60,035 nucleotides of DNA, filler included, from 4 parts of 4 records of this genome joined end to end with filler, not necessarily neighbours in it; one strand, 5' to 3'. Positions 1 through 10,079 are shown, numbered from the whole stretch's first letter. The notes: a model not told the origin generated them from the sequence alone. Numbers and translations: made by a program.

Positions 1-2
1 TT

Positions 3-716
3 CACGGCAGCGACGGAGATGATCTCATTTTCGGAGATGTCCTGAATACCGACGGTGTATTTACTGATATCGCCGCTGACCACGATCTGTCAGGCATTAC
101 AGAGCCGGCAAACGGGTCGGGATGGCAGGTGTTTGAAACACTGGAAAATGAACTTTCGACCTGGACCCGGGCAGACACCATCCAATATATCCAGGAAAAC
201 CATGAAGACCTTGCAGAAGAAACAGTGTTAGGAACTGAGACGGAGGATGGCAATGTACGCGATGGTGGGGGCGATTATATTGAAGGCGGTGCCGGAAATG
301 ACATTATTTACGGTCAGGAAGGCGATGATACCATTGATACAGGTTCAGGCGATGATGTGGTTGACGGTGGCTCCGGGTTTGACACCCTGGTTGTGACCAG
401 TGAAACTGAGCTGGATTTCAGCAATGTCAGCAATATTGAAAAAATTGATTTAAATGAAGACGGCCTGGATCAGACGATGACCCTTAGCCTATATCAAGTT
501 TTGAGTATGACAGATGAGAATAACACGCTTCAGATTACTGGAGAAACAGGCGATTCTGTTACGCTGACAGGTGTTGCCGACGGAGAATGGACCCATGACG
601 GTAATGGTTTGTTCACCAATGTCGCTGATAACGGCATTCAGGTAACCATTGCGTCAGTCAATGAAGGTGTGGACATTGATGTGGATGTTGATAACGGAGA
701 TTCATTTCAGGTATAA
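3..716 (+). CDS. RTX (Ca-binding nonapeptide repeat) large adhesin/T1SS substrate, C-terminal fragment; 5' truncated by the window edge
   Basis: The frame is open from position 3 (HGSDGDDLIFGD...). It carries GGxGxD repeats (GGAGNDIIYGQEGDDTIDTGSGDDVVDGGSGFD) and an acidic T1SS-like C-terminus, and lies next to a T1SS operon. Confidence 0.85.
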   Translation, partial: HGSDGDDLIFGDVLNTDGVFTDIAADHDLSGITEPANGSGWQVFETLENELSTWTRADTIQYIQENHEDLAEETVLGTETEDGNVRDGGGDYIEGGAGNDIIYGQEGDDTIDTGSGDDVVDGGSGFDTLVVTSETELDFSNVSNIEKIDLNEDGLDQTMTLSLYQVLSMTDENNTLQITGETGDSVTLTGVADGEWTHDGNGLFTNVADNGIQVTIASVNEGVDIDVDVDNGDSFQV

Positions 717-739
717 ACAATTATAAAATTTAAAGAATC

Positions 740-776
740 AAAAAAGCCGCGTCGGGTTTTCCGGTACGGCTTTTTT
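740..776. terminator. Bidirectional intrinsic terminator between the RTX gene and the LuxR-type gene
   Basis: AAAAAAGCCG...CGGCTTTTTT hairpin between convergent stop codons. Confidence 0.7.
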
Positions 777-1365
777 ATTTCATCCGGGTGGCAAGTTCAA
801 GCCGGTTGCGGCAGCCGGTTTTTTTGAAAATAGAGGTCAGATGGGCCTTGATAGTTCGAATGGAAACAAACATTTTTTCACTGATTTCCTGGTTTGATAA
901 CCCATTAACTAGCCATTTGACTACTTCTGCCTCACGGGATGTCAGGCGGTTCAACAGGTCTTTTTTCCTATCCTCGACATTGGTCTCCGGTAATGCCGAA
1001 ATTACCTGGGAAATGATGGCCGGGGGCAACCAAATCTGGCCTGCTTTAAGGGTTGCTACCGCCTGCTTCAGGTTGTCTTCATGCATATGCCGGTTACCGT
1101 AAGCCCGTATCCCCTTTTGTAAAAGCCGTAATGCCTGATTCTTTTGCGGTATGGCAACAAGGGCCATGCAGGGGCTGACAATCCTTGGAAGGTCTTTTTC
1201 ATTGCAGGATTCAAAATCAATGATCAGAATATCCTTTTGTGAAATATCATAACCGGCAAGTTTTTTTTTAACTGACAGGTGCTTTGTCTTTTTTCGGCCG
1301 CCGAACAAATCCTTGCAGCACTGAACCAGGGTCAGATCTTTGCTATAGATATAGACAGACACCAT
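775..1365 (-). CDS. LuxR/NarL-family transcription regulator with degenerate receiver domain
   Basis: C-terminal LTSREAEVVKWLVNGLSNQEISEKMFVSIRTIKAHLTSIFKK helix-turn-helix. Confidence 0.88.
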   Translation of the reverse strand: MVSVYIYSKDLTLVQCCKDLFGGRKKTKHLSVKKKLAGYDISQKDILIIDFESCNEKDLPRIVSPCMALVAIPQKNQALRLLQKGIRAYGNRHMHEDNLKQAVATLKAGQIWLPPAIISQVISALPETNVEDRKKDLLNRLTSREAEVVKWLVNGLSNQEISEKMFVSIRTIKAHLTSIFKKTGCRNRLELATRMK

Positions 1366-1369
1366 AATT

Positions 1370-2755
1370 CTATCTTTCCCTCAACGCATTGTTTTTTGCC
1401 CTGAGAATCGGTTTCATCAAATATTGCATAATGGTTTTTTTGCCTGTAATAATATTGACTTGGGCCGTCATTCCCGCAATTATTTCTTTTTTATTATCTT
1501 CGGTTCCAAGGTAATTTTTCTCGGTCATGATCCTGACAAGGTAAAATTCCTCCTGCCGTTCATCGGTGATCGTATCTGCACTGATGTGAACCACCTTGCC
1601 GTCAAGGCCGCCGTAGATGGCATAATCATAGGCCGTCAGTTTGACCACCGCCTTAAGCCCCGGATAGAGAAATGCAATATCAGACGGTCTGATCTTGGCT
1701 TCAACCAGGAGTTTGTCATCATTGGGAACGATTTCCACAATATCCATACCCGGTTTAACCACGCCGCCCACGGTATTGAACAGCAGTTGTTTAACTGTAC
1801 CATCCACAGGCGAACGCACATTTGTCCGCATCACCCGGTCTTCTATGGCCACCTGATTTTTTTTTAACCTGGATATTTCAGCCAGGGCCTTGTTCAAATG
1901 CTCCTGGGCTTCGGACTTATGCCGGCTCTGGATTTCTTTTAGCTGGTTCCGGCTTTCCTTTATTTTTGACGTCAGAGATCTTGCCTCATTTAACGCACTT
2001 TCATACTCGTGCTTTTTATCCAAAATCTTTTGCTTGAGCTGGATAAATTCAAGTTCCGATACCAGTCTTTTTTCAAACATAGGTTTGGTAAGCGCCATTT
2101 CCCTTGCGATCATCTCTTTGCTGGTTTTCAGATTCGCTATGGACATACGGGTATCGGACAATTCAATCTCCCGTTGTTTGATGCGCTGTTTTAAAACTTC
2201 TATTTCACTTTGTTTGCGGGCAATATTGGCATCATACAACCTTTTTTCCTTTTCAAGCAGGCTTGGTGCAAGGTCTTTATCTTTTTCCACACCCGCTTCA
2301 AAACTTCGAATGCCGGCTTCCGCTGCAAACCGAATGGTACGGGCGCGCAGTTCATTTATCACGGTCCTGCTCTCTTCAAAGGAACTGCCGGCCCCTGTAT
2401 TGTCAATAACAACAAGGATCTGTCCTTTTTTAACGGCATCTCCCTCGACCACCTTGATTGCTTTTATGATACCACCTTCAAGGTTCTGGATCACCTGTAT
2501 CTGCCGGGAAGGAATCAACCGGCCGATGCCTTGGGTTCTCTCATCAAGTTCCGCATAATTGGCCCATATAACAAGGGAAATCACCACCAGGCCAATCGCA
2601 TAAAGCAGGATATTGGTTTTGGCCGGGCTGTCCGATAACACGGCAGCACTCAGGCTGTCCATGAATTCAATATCGTTCCGGCTGTATTTTTTTTTATTTC
2701 CCACAGGCCATTTTGGCGGGGTGATTTTTTTAACAGAGTTGATATCAATGCTCAT
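1370..2755 (-). CDS. HlyD-family T1SS membrane fusion protein (LapC-like)
   Basis: N-terminal TM segment, IQNLEGGII, coiled coil, VRSPVDGTV and GKKTIMQYLMKPI motifs. Confidence 0.95.
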   Translation of the reverse strand: MSIDINSVKKITPPKWPVGNKKKYSRNDIEFMDSLSAAVLSDSPAKTNILLYAIGLVVISLVIWANYAELDERTQGIGRLIPSRQIQVIQNLEGGIIKAIKVVEGDAVKKGQILVVIDNTGAGSSFEESRTVINELRARTIRFAAEAGIRSFEAGVEKDKDLAPSLLEKEKRLYDANIARKQSEIEVLKQRIKQREIELSDTRMSIANLKTSKEMIAREMALTKPMFEKRLVSELEFIQLKQKILDKKHEYESALNEARSLTSKIKESRNQLKEIQSRHKSEAQEHLNKALAEISRLKKNQVAIEDRVMRTNVRSPVDGTVKQLLFNTVGGVVKPGMDIVEIVPNDDKLLVEAKIRPSDIAFLYPGLKAVVKLTAYDYAIYGGLDGKVVHISADTITDERQEEFYLVRIMTEKNYLGTEDNKKEIIAGMTAQVNIITGKKTIMQYLMKPILRAKNNALRER

Positions 2756-4899
2756 TTTTGTTTCCCTGCCAGCCGTGCAAGAATCTCATCTTTAGGGCCG
2801 TCCATGACAAGCCTGCCTTTGTCCATGACAAGAAGCCGGTCAACAATTTTAAGAATCGAAGGCTTATGGGTGATGATGATAGTAGTCCGCCCTTTGGTTA
2901 CGCGGCCAAGATTTGCAATCACCTGAGCTTCGGTATTAAAATCCATGGCATTTGTCGGCTCATCCAGCAAGATAATTGGACTTTTTTCAATAAATGCCAT
3001 GGAAACGGCGACCGACTGGCGCTGCCCCCCGGACAGCCGGGCTCCCTTTTCCCCGACCTGGAGATCCATGCCCTGGGGATGGCAGTCGGTAAATGTGTTC
3101 ACCCCGCCGATCCTGGCCGCCCTGATAATGGCATCGTCCGATGCATGGGGAAATTTTAACGTAATATTGTCCCGCACACTTCCGGAAAAAAGCGTTACAT
3201 CCTGGGGCACATAGGAAAAATTATGCCGCAAATCTGCCGGATCAATCTGATTGATGTTCAGGCCATCAATAAAAATAGCCCCCTCCTGCGGTTCAAACAG
3301 GCTGAGCAGCAACTTACCGATGGTGGACTTTCCTGACCCGACGGCACCGATGACACCAACGCGCTCCCCTGGTTTTATGTGAAAGCTGACATTTGAAACG
3401 GCCCGATTTTGTTCTTCGGGATAATTGAAACCGACATCTTTGAATTCAATCTCACCTTTAAATTTGGGCCGGTGAATAAATTTTTTGTTTTCAGGCCGTT
3501 CAACCTCTTTTTCCATGAAGGTGTTAAGGGATTTTAACCCAGCTTTCATCTGGCCGAAATTTAACATCAAAGAAACAGCTTGCGCCATGGGGGAAATAGA
3601 ACGGGAAGCAAGAATATTGACCGCGATCAGCCCCCCCATGGTTAATTCTCCATCTTTGATCAGATAGACGCCGGCAATAATAATGACCACGCTGTTCACC
3701 TGTGTTAAAAAAGCGGTCATGGTCGAAAGAAATCCGGATCTGATCCGTGACCGCTGACTTTTGTCCGCAATAAACCCACAGCTTTCCTCCCAGTGCCACT
3801 GCATGGAACTGCCTGCATTAAACGCCTTTACCGCCTCAAGATTGGATAAAGATTCTATGAGCACACTGTTCCTGTGATGGGTGGCATCATGGGTACTGTT
3901 GATGATTTTCTGGATCGAATACCGCATGGGGATACTGATGACCAGAATTAAAAGAACCGTTGCAATGGGAATAAGCACAATAAGGGGGTTAATCGAATAA
4001 ATCACCAGAATAAAAATAACAGCAAAGGGAAGGTCGATAAATGCGGTGATTGCACTTGAGGCAAAAAATGACCGTATGCCGTCAAAATCTTTTATGATGC
4101 TTGAAAATGCCCCTATCGACCCCGGTTTATCACGCAATTTCAGATTCATGGCCTGCTCAAAAAGCATGGAAGAAAGAATCACATCGCTCCGGCGTGCGGT
4201 ATTTTCAAGGAAGTAGGTTCTGATATTTTTAAGAATCAAGTCAAAAATATAAATCAAACCGACCCCGCAGGCCAGAACCCACAATGTATCAGTTGCATTA
4301 TGGGGGATAATGCGGTCATACACATTCAGAGTGAAAATCGGTCCTGCAATGACAAAAAGATTCACCAGGAATGTGGCAAGAAGCACCCTGCCATAAACCC
4401 CTTTGAATTTCATGAGCGTACCGAAGAACCAGTTTTTTTTCTTCAGAATACCTGCAGGCGTAAAATCTTGTTTCGCGCCTTTATATTTTTTTTTAAGAAA
4501 AAACACATACCCTAGGTACTCCTCTTCCAGCTTTTTAAGGCCAATCTGAACCGGATTGTCATCAAGCAAGGGAATAATTACCGTAGCATTTTTTTTCTCA
4601 AAATCAATGTCAAGCAGAAGACATGCATTGTCATCTTTAAGGGTGAGAATCGCAGGGAGAACCAGGGAAGGAATCTGGTTAAGCTTACGCTTCTGCAACT
4701 TTGAAACAAACCCGGCTTTTTTTGCAGCACGCGAAAAATTGGCTTTGGGGTTCTCAATACTGAATAGCCGCTGCCGGTCCGCACCGGGTTCGAACGGAAG
4801 GCCATGGGAAAGGACTTTTTCAGAGCTGGGCGTGTGGTTCAGTCTGGTCATTGCGACCAGGCATTGCATCAGGGGATCGGAAGAATGGGGCTCGCTCAT
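2752..4899 (-). CDS. T1SS permease/ATPase (LapB/LssB-like) with C39-like N-domain
   Basis: Walker A GAVGSGKST, LSGGQ and LLDEPT motifs plus a TM domain. Start moved to ATG 4899, which follows an AAGGA SD. Confidence 0.95.
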   Translation of the reverse strand: MSEPHSSDPLMQCLVAMTRLNHTPSSEKVLSHGLPFEPGADRQRLFSIENPKANFSRAAKKAGFVSKLQKRKLNQIPSLVLPAILTLKDDNACLLLDIDFEKKNATVIIPLLDDNPVQIGLKKLEEEYLGYVFFLKKKYKGAKQDFTPAGILKKKNWFFGTLMKFKGVYGRVLLATFLVNLFVIAGPIFTLNVYDRIIPHNATDTLWVLACGVGLIYIFDLILKNIRTYFLENTARRSDVILSSMLFEQAMNLKLRDKPGSIGAFSSIIKDFDGIRSFFASSAITAFIDLPFAVIFILVIYSINPLIVLIPIATVLLILVISIPMRYSIQKIINSTHDATHHRNSVLIESLSNLEAVKAFNAGSSMQWHWEESCGFIADKSQRSRIRSGFLSTMTAFLTQVNSVVIIIAGVYLIKDGELTMGGLIAVNILASRSISPMAQAVSLMLNFGQMKAGLKSLNTFMEKEVERPENKKFIHRPKFKGEIEFKDVGFNYPEEQNRAVSNVSFHIKPGERVGVIGAVGSGKSTIGKLLLSLFEPQEGAIFIDGLNINQIDPADLRHNFSYVPQDVTLFSGSVRDNITLKFPHASDDAIIRAARIGGVNTFTDCHPQGMDLQVGEKGARLSGGQRQSVAVSMAFIEKSPIILLDEPTNAMDFNTEAQVIANLGRVTKGRTTIIITHKPSILKIVDRLLVMDKGRLVMDGPKDEILARLAGKQK

Positions 4900-4901
4900 A
4901 T

Positions 4902-6836
4902 TTATCCTTTTAGTGGAGTAATTTCCGCAATGCCGTGTCCCTGGAAACAAGCTATGTTTTTATCTACAAATTCAAGCCGTTGCGTTTCGTTTTCAATTTT
5001 TGTAGCAATCAATTTGATACTCAGGCTTTCGGTAATTGTAAACAGTGAATTTAAAACCATATCCGCTTTCTGGGGATCATCAAACACCTCAAGATAATCC
5101 CGTTCAATTTTAATATAGTAGGGTTTTATTTTATCCAGCAGGTTAAGTGACGCATCATGCATGGTAAACCGGTCGATGCCGAATTTAAACCCCTTTCCTG
5201 TGATCAAACCGGCAAGATCAAAACAGATTTCAGGAAAATTTATCAATGTGTTTTCATGCATCTCAAACAAAAGACGATCGGTCAGCGATTTTTTATCCGA
5301 TAGAAACTGCCTTAACCAGGCCGTAGCCAGATGATCTCTGCAGAATTCAGTTGTGATATTCACCGCCAGAACGCTTCCTTGATTTTCCTGCAGGAATGCC
5401 GTGGATTCTTCTATAATATACCGGTCAAGTTTACTTGCAAGGCCCAGGGTTGTAATCATGGGCATAAACAGATTTGCCTTTCTTTGGATACCTTCCCGGT
5501 CCACCATGTTGACAAAAACTTCACGGTGGAATTCACCTAAATCAGAGCGAACGGGCTGGGCTGTCAGAAAAAAAAGGTTATTGGAAAAGGCGACATCAAT
5601 CAATATTTTCCATTCCTGCTTTCCTAAGGCCTTCTGGAATGATTCATCCCTGAACATTCTGACCGTTCCCGGATGGCCGATTTTTGCTTTTGATAATGCA
5701 TAATCCGTTTTGGAAAGAATCATGCCCACATCATCATTTTTGTCATAGGATGAAACCCCTGCGTAGACTTTTATTGTGTCCGGAATATCCCTGTCTTTTT
5801 CTGACAAAAATTTTTTTATAACATTTTCAACAAGGTGCATCGTGTCATTTTGTTCGGTGTCCGGCAGGATTGCGGCAAACTCGCGCCTTGGAAATCTGTA
5901 AACCGCTGCATCTGCTACCGCAGCCCCCATCCAGGAGTCTAAAGTGTCTGCCATGTCCTTAAATATTTTATGTACAAGGGGCCGGTTACCCGAAGCCTCG
6001 ATTGCCTCCATGCCGGTCAGGCCCCAAATGACAACATGGCCCCGGGCTTTTTTGCTTTCATCCCCAGTAAACGCGGCAAGCCGCTTTATGAAAGACGCAC
6101 GATTGTGAAGGCCGGTAATTTTATCCTGATATTTTAATTTCTGGTACTTGCTTAAGTTTTGAAGATTGTGTTCATACACTGACTGCACTTTTTCAACCAT
6201 GGTATTCATGGCAAGTACCACTTTTTTCAGCTCGGGTGTTTTGGGGATATCCTGGTTGATGATGAAATCATTATTGCTGATTTCTTCTGCCTGGTGTTTA
6301 ATTTTTTCCAAGGCGCCCAAAAGATGGCGTAATCCTAAAATGCTCGAGAAAAAAACAAGGATTCCAAGTACAAGAAACTGCAGACACAGCTGTTCCAATG
6401 TTTCCCAGAGTTTTGTGTAGGATGAGCCTGGATGGCCTTTGATTGTAAGAGTGCCGAAAATATTCCATCCGGCCATTACCTTTGCCTCTACTTCGGGCAT
6501 AGCAAGATCAATATGAGTGACGAAAAAAGAAGGTACCCCATGGATTAACAATTGTGCACGTTTTTCATACACCAGCGTTCCGTCCTGGCGGACCAATGAT
6601 ATGGATTCAAAATATCCGCCGTCGAACATTGCGTTGATACTGGTTTTCATGAAATCTTTATCCATGGGCCGGGTACTTAACGTCAGGGCAAGCATGTTCG
6701 CGTGATTTTTTGTATTCAGATAGGATTCATTTGCTGTAAATTCCCGGGCCGTATTAAAATTAATCCTCAAGACAATAATCAGGGTTGCCGTCAGAAGCAA
6801 AGTTACCAATAGCTGTGTCTGTTTTAAAAGACTCAA
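4902..6836 (-). CDS. lapD: LapD-like c-di-GMP receptor (periplasmic-HAMP-degenerate GGDEF-degenerate EAL)
   Basis: INAMFDGGYF periplasmic motif and HAMP domain; GGDEF is replaced by PRREF and EAL by EVF; adjacent to lapG. Confidence 0.88.
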   Translation of the reverse strand: MSLLKQTQLLVTLLLTATLIIVLRINFNTAREFTANESYLNTKNHANMLALTLSTRPMDKDFMKTSINAMFDGGYFESISLVRQDGTLVYEKRAQLLIHGVPSFFVTHIDLAMPEVEAKVMAGWNIFGTLTIKGHPGSSYTKLWETLEQLCLQFLVLGILVFFSSILGLRHLLGALEKIKHQAEEISNNDFIINQDIPKTPELKKVVLAMNTMVEKVQSVYEHNLQNLSKYQKLKYQDKITGLHNRASFIKRLAAFTGDESKKARGHVVIWGLTGMEAIEASGNRPLVHKIFKDMADTLDSWMGAAVADAAVYRFPRREFAAILPDTEQNDTMHLVENVIKKFLSEKDRDIPDTIKVYAGVSSYDKNDDVGMILSKTDYALSKAKIGHPGTVRMFRDESFQKALGKQEWKILIDVAFSNNLFFLTAQPVRSDLGEFHREVFVNMVDREGIQRKANLFMPMITTLGLASKLDRYIIEESTAFLQENQGSVLAVNITTEFCRDHLATAWLRQFLSDKKSLTDRLLFEMHENTLINFPEICFDLAGLITGKGFKFGIDRFTMHDASLNLLDKIKPYYIKIERDYLEVFDDPQKADMVLNSLFTITESLSIKLIATKIENETQRLEFVDKNIACFQGHGIAEITPLKG

Positions 6837-7498
6837 TGTTTTATCTCCTGGATTTCCAGATCAATGGCCTTTAATTTGAGCTGATTTTTCAACAGCCCGC
6901 GGCTCACACGTTTACCAAGGCCGTACTGTTTCTGGATATAAAGATCCCTTGCGGTAAAACTGTAAACAGGAACAAGGTCAGAGCGTTGTGTGGCAGGCAG
7001 GATCTTTTTGATATAATTGTCAAGGACAAAGGGCACTGTACCCGGGTTTTTGTAATAGGTTGCAACAAGGTGGGCGGGCTCTGGAAATCCTTTAGCACGA
7101 ACATAGGTAAGGAATAATTTCTCACCTGGGACGCCAAGCTGCATCATGGTTAAAAATTTGGCGATGGCGAAATCTTCACAGTCCCCCTGTCCCCTGCCAA
7201 GAAATTCCAGGCGGCTGGCCCAATAATCATTTTTATTCCACGTTTTTATGTCAGAGCGATATTCCAATTGATTATAAAAATTGTTTACATTAATAACAAT
7301 CTGCTCTTCGGGTAAACCACTCTGGTCTTCCATCATCGCAAGCAGGCTGTTTAAACGCCTGACCGCCTGACCGCCATATTTTTTTTCATACGTCTTCAGC
7401 AATTTTTCAGGCACAAAAAACCTGGTGGTGGTTTCAGCAAAGAGCGCTGTCACCACCAGGACAGTCAATCCTATAAATAGATGCTTGATTTCGGGCAT
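6833..7498 (-). CDS. lapG: LapG-like transglutaminase-like cysteine protease (C93)
   Basis: DYWAS..EFL..GQGDCEDFAIAK, with AHLV and VLDN completing the Cys-His-Asp triad; N-terminal signal peptide. Confidence 0.92.
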   Translation of the reverse strand: MPEIKHLFIGLTVLVVTALFAETTTRFFVPEKLLKTYEKKYGGQAVRRLNSLLAMMEDQSGLPEEQIVINVNNFYNQLEYRSDIKTWNKNDYWASRLEFLGRGQGDCEDFAIAKFLTMMQLGVPGEKLFLTYVRAKGFPEPAHLVATYYKNPGTVPFVLDNYIKKILPATQRSDLVPVYSFTARDLYIQKQYGLGKRVSRGLLKNQLKLKAIDLEIQEIKH

Positions 7499-7514
7499 TC
7501 ATCAAATCAAATTG

Positions 7515-9173
7515 CTATTTTGTCGGCCGAGATTTCTTTCTTGTATCTACCTTGAGATCCAACGCTTCGGGGATGCCTTCCTTAGGCAGGATATAGGGAT
7601 TAATGTTTACCGGTTCGGTGTAGCCAACCGATGAAACCGTTTCACCGATGCAGCCATAGGCTGACGCATTTACACCCTTAGCTGAGTTATCGCATTGATC
7701 ACTGACATCAACCACCCTATCGCCATCACGGTTCGGGTCCAGGATTTCTTTTTCATATTCTGCAAGGTCATACGGCTTTTCACTGGGAAGATTCATCTCT
7801 TCCAATAGGCCGGTGTCAAATTCATGAATCAGCACCCCTGTTGCCTGTGAAATCTTGTAATATGCCGCCAACCGGTTATATTGGGATTCCGCATTGGCAA
7901 CTTTGGCAGCATTATACTCATTTTCCATATTAAGAAGGTCTAAGAGTGTCCGGCGGCCTAAATGATACTCATCTTTAAACGCCGCTAAAGTTTCGGCACT
8001 CAACTCCAGATGATCATTGAGAAATCCTTTTTTGACCTGTTCAGCCTGATTGATATTCCACGCCAGCTGGACAGCCTGGTTAACATTTCTTCGTTCGGTA
8101 TATGCAAGCTGATATTCTTCGAGCAGAGACTGGTACTTTTGACCTCTTTCACCCTTTCGGATTCCCCCGTCGAAAAACAAATAACTCAATTTGAGCAATG
8201 CCGAGGCCTGGGAGGTATCTCCCTCATCACCGTCAACATCATTCTCGTACTGTGCTTTCAATTCAAGATCAAGACTGGGCCAATAGGCCCCTTTTGTTCG
8301 TTCATAGGCAGATTTACGCGCATGAATATTATATTTTGCAACCTCCAAAGCCGGGTGATTTTGAAATGCAAAATCAGTGGTTTCTTCAACCGTATCCGGA
8401 AATTTAAAGGCCGGTTCGGGCATCACAAATTGTTCCGGCTGGAGCACCCGGCCGAACTGGCGATGAAATTTTATAACAGCATGATTCAAGTCCTGTTGGG
8501 CTGAGATCAAATTCCCCCGGGCAAGGGACAATCGGGCCTTTGAGTTGGTTAGATCGGAAACACGGGTAAATCCCGCTGTGGTCCGTTCCTTGACCTGGCT
8601 CAGTATCCGTTCCTGGGTCATAACGTTTTGTTTTGAAAATGCCAGCAGTTCATGGGCTTTCAATACATTGATATAAGCCTCAACTGCTTCGAGAAAAACC
8701 TGGTTGCCAACCGTGACGACTTCATAGGCTGCAGAGAGGATTCGGGCATCCGTCTCCTCCACAAATGCTTTTGTCTCTCCCCCATTGAACAGGTTCTGCC
8801 GAAGATATATTAATGCCCTGGATGCAATATATTCTTCACGTTGATCATTGGTATCAACACCGTCCGTAATTTCAGGTCCTATGGAAGCCTCTGCTCCGAT
8901 TTTGGGATAGTAACCGCTTTTCGCGATAGAAAGCTCTTCCAGGACACTGCGATAGTTGTCCCTGGCCGCTATAATATCCGGATTGGTTGTTATAATATCT
9001 TTCAGGATATCATTTAAAGGTATGGGATCAAGGTTCCCGGTTTCGGAAGCAACTACATCGCCTGCGTAGAACACAAGACATACGCCTATAATAAATAATA
9101 ATTTCAAGTGTCTATAAAAATTAAACAATCCAACGGTTCCTTTCTTTAATTTCATTGAACTTGGATCAGGCAA
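7515..9173 (-). CDS. TolC-family outer membrane channel (LapE-like) with TSP3-like C-terminal linker
   Basis: OEP repeats, GRRTLLDLLNMENE motif and tail DRDGDRVVDVSDQC..GC. Start uncertain (9173 or 9155). Confidence 0.9.
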   Translation of the reverse strand: MPDPSSMKLKKGTVGLFNFYRHLKLLFIIGVCLVFYAGDVVASETGNLDPIPLNDILKDIITTNPDIIAARDNYRSVLEELSIAKSGYYPKIGAEASIGPEITDGVDTNDQREEYIASRALIYLRQNLFNGGETKAFVEETDARILSAAYEVVTVGNQVFLEAVEAYINVLKAHELLAFSKQNVMTQERILSQVKERTTAGFTRVSDLTNSKARLSLARGNLISAQQDLNHAVIKFHRQFGRVLQPEQFVMPEPAFKFPDTVEETTDFAFQNHPALEVAKYNIHARKSAYERTKGAYWPSLDLELKAQYENDVDGDEGDTSQASALLKLSYLFFDGGIRKGERGQKYQSLLEEYQLAYTERRNVNQAVQLAWNINQAEQVKKGFLNDHLELSAETLAAFKDEYHLGRRTLLDLLNMENEYNAAKVANAESQYNRLAAYYKISQATGVLIHEFDTGLLEEMNLPSEKPYDLAEYEKEILDPNRDGDRVVDVSDQCDNSAKGVNASAYGCIGETVSSVGYTEPVNINPYILPKEGIPEALDLKVDTRKKSRPTK

Positions 9174-9444
9174 TATTTTTCAACAGATCCAAAAACCGAG
9201 AAAGATTTTTTGTCGGTTTCGGCCCACCAAACTTATTTACATCTCAAATACAGAAAACTACTATTCAGCGTCATCGACCTTTAATTTCGCTCGTTATGTT
9301 TGGGGTTTCAATAATTTTGGATGTAATTATCCAGTCGTTCAAGCCAGCCAGTTGGGCCTACTTCATAATGTAGTTCACATTTTAAACAAAAAGAGCCCGA
9401 ACTTTTTTTAAAGATTGAAAAAATGAACTTGACAACTTTCTTTT

Positions 9445-9530
9445 TTAAGGGCAGCCCCGCCACCCATCCATGTTGCCAAGCCGCAGGCTTTGCGTCCCAC
9501 TCTTTCGAAAGGTTTGCCTTTTTCACTTAT
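9445..9530 (-). ncRNA. c-di-GMP-I (GEMM) riboswitch
   Basis: The minus strand reads TAAGTGAAAAAGGCAAACCTTTCGAAAGAGTGGGACGCAAAGCCTGCGG...GGTGGCGGGGCTGCCCTTA. This has the GGCAAACC-GAAA loop-GGGACGCAAAGCC signature, P3 GCCTGC/GCGGGGC and P1 TAAG/CTTA. Confidence 0.9.
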
Positions 9531-9662
9531 ATTTTACAGGGTTAATATTTATGCAGGTTGCATACCAGTTAGCTGGTAAACTTAAAATCATTTTATTTCA
9601 AGATGTTGCACCCAAACAACAAAATTAGGTCAATTTTAAAATTTACATTTTTTGTTCTATTG

Positions 9663-9762
9663 NNNNNNNNNNNNNNNNNNNNNNNNNNNNNNNNNNNNNN
9701 NNNNNNTTAATTAATTAANNNNNNNNNNNNNNNNNNNNNNNNNNNNNNNNNNNNNNNNNNNN
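9663..9762. other. Artificial contig spacer
   Basis: N-run containing TTAATTAATTAA (stops in all six frames); base composition and gene content change across it. Confidence 0.99.
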
Positions 9763-9890
9763 TCAATGTGCTTCGCACGATTGAAAGTCAGGACCCTGAT
9801 CTGGAATTGTCCTATCCTGATAGTTATCAGGGATTCCAGCGTTAAAACAAGGTTGATACTTAATTAATCCCACTGCCGCTCAGTTTTGAT

Positions 9891-10079
9891 TTAGTACTCG
9901 ATTTTTATGTTCTTCCAAATATCTTTTCCTGATCCCATTAAGTCAGAAATACAGTGAGTTTTTTTGCCTCCACTTTTATCAAGCATATCCAGAATTCCGT
10001 TCAATAAGAAAAATTTTGAGTGATCATCAAGTTCGGCAACCTGTTCGAATATCTTATTTATATTAATTGTTGATTTCAT
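9891..10079 (-). pseudogene. Small orphan, probably truncated antitoxin-like ORF
   Basis: HCISDLMGSGKDIWKNI resembles the tail of small antitoxins paired with PIN toxins; it ends abruptly and no toxin follows. Confidence 0.35.

Noticed and set aside
9445-9530. 3',3'-cGAMP (GEMM-Ib) riboswitch, and the 72-aa ORF 9308-9526
   Set aside because: The specificity position is G, not A; the ORF simply overlays the aptamer.
9763-9840. Hairpins GTGC-TTCG-CAC and CCTGATA/TATCAGG as an ncRNA
   Set aside because: Cut by the contig edge and matching no family I recognise; probably REP-like.
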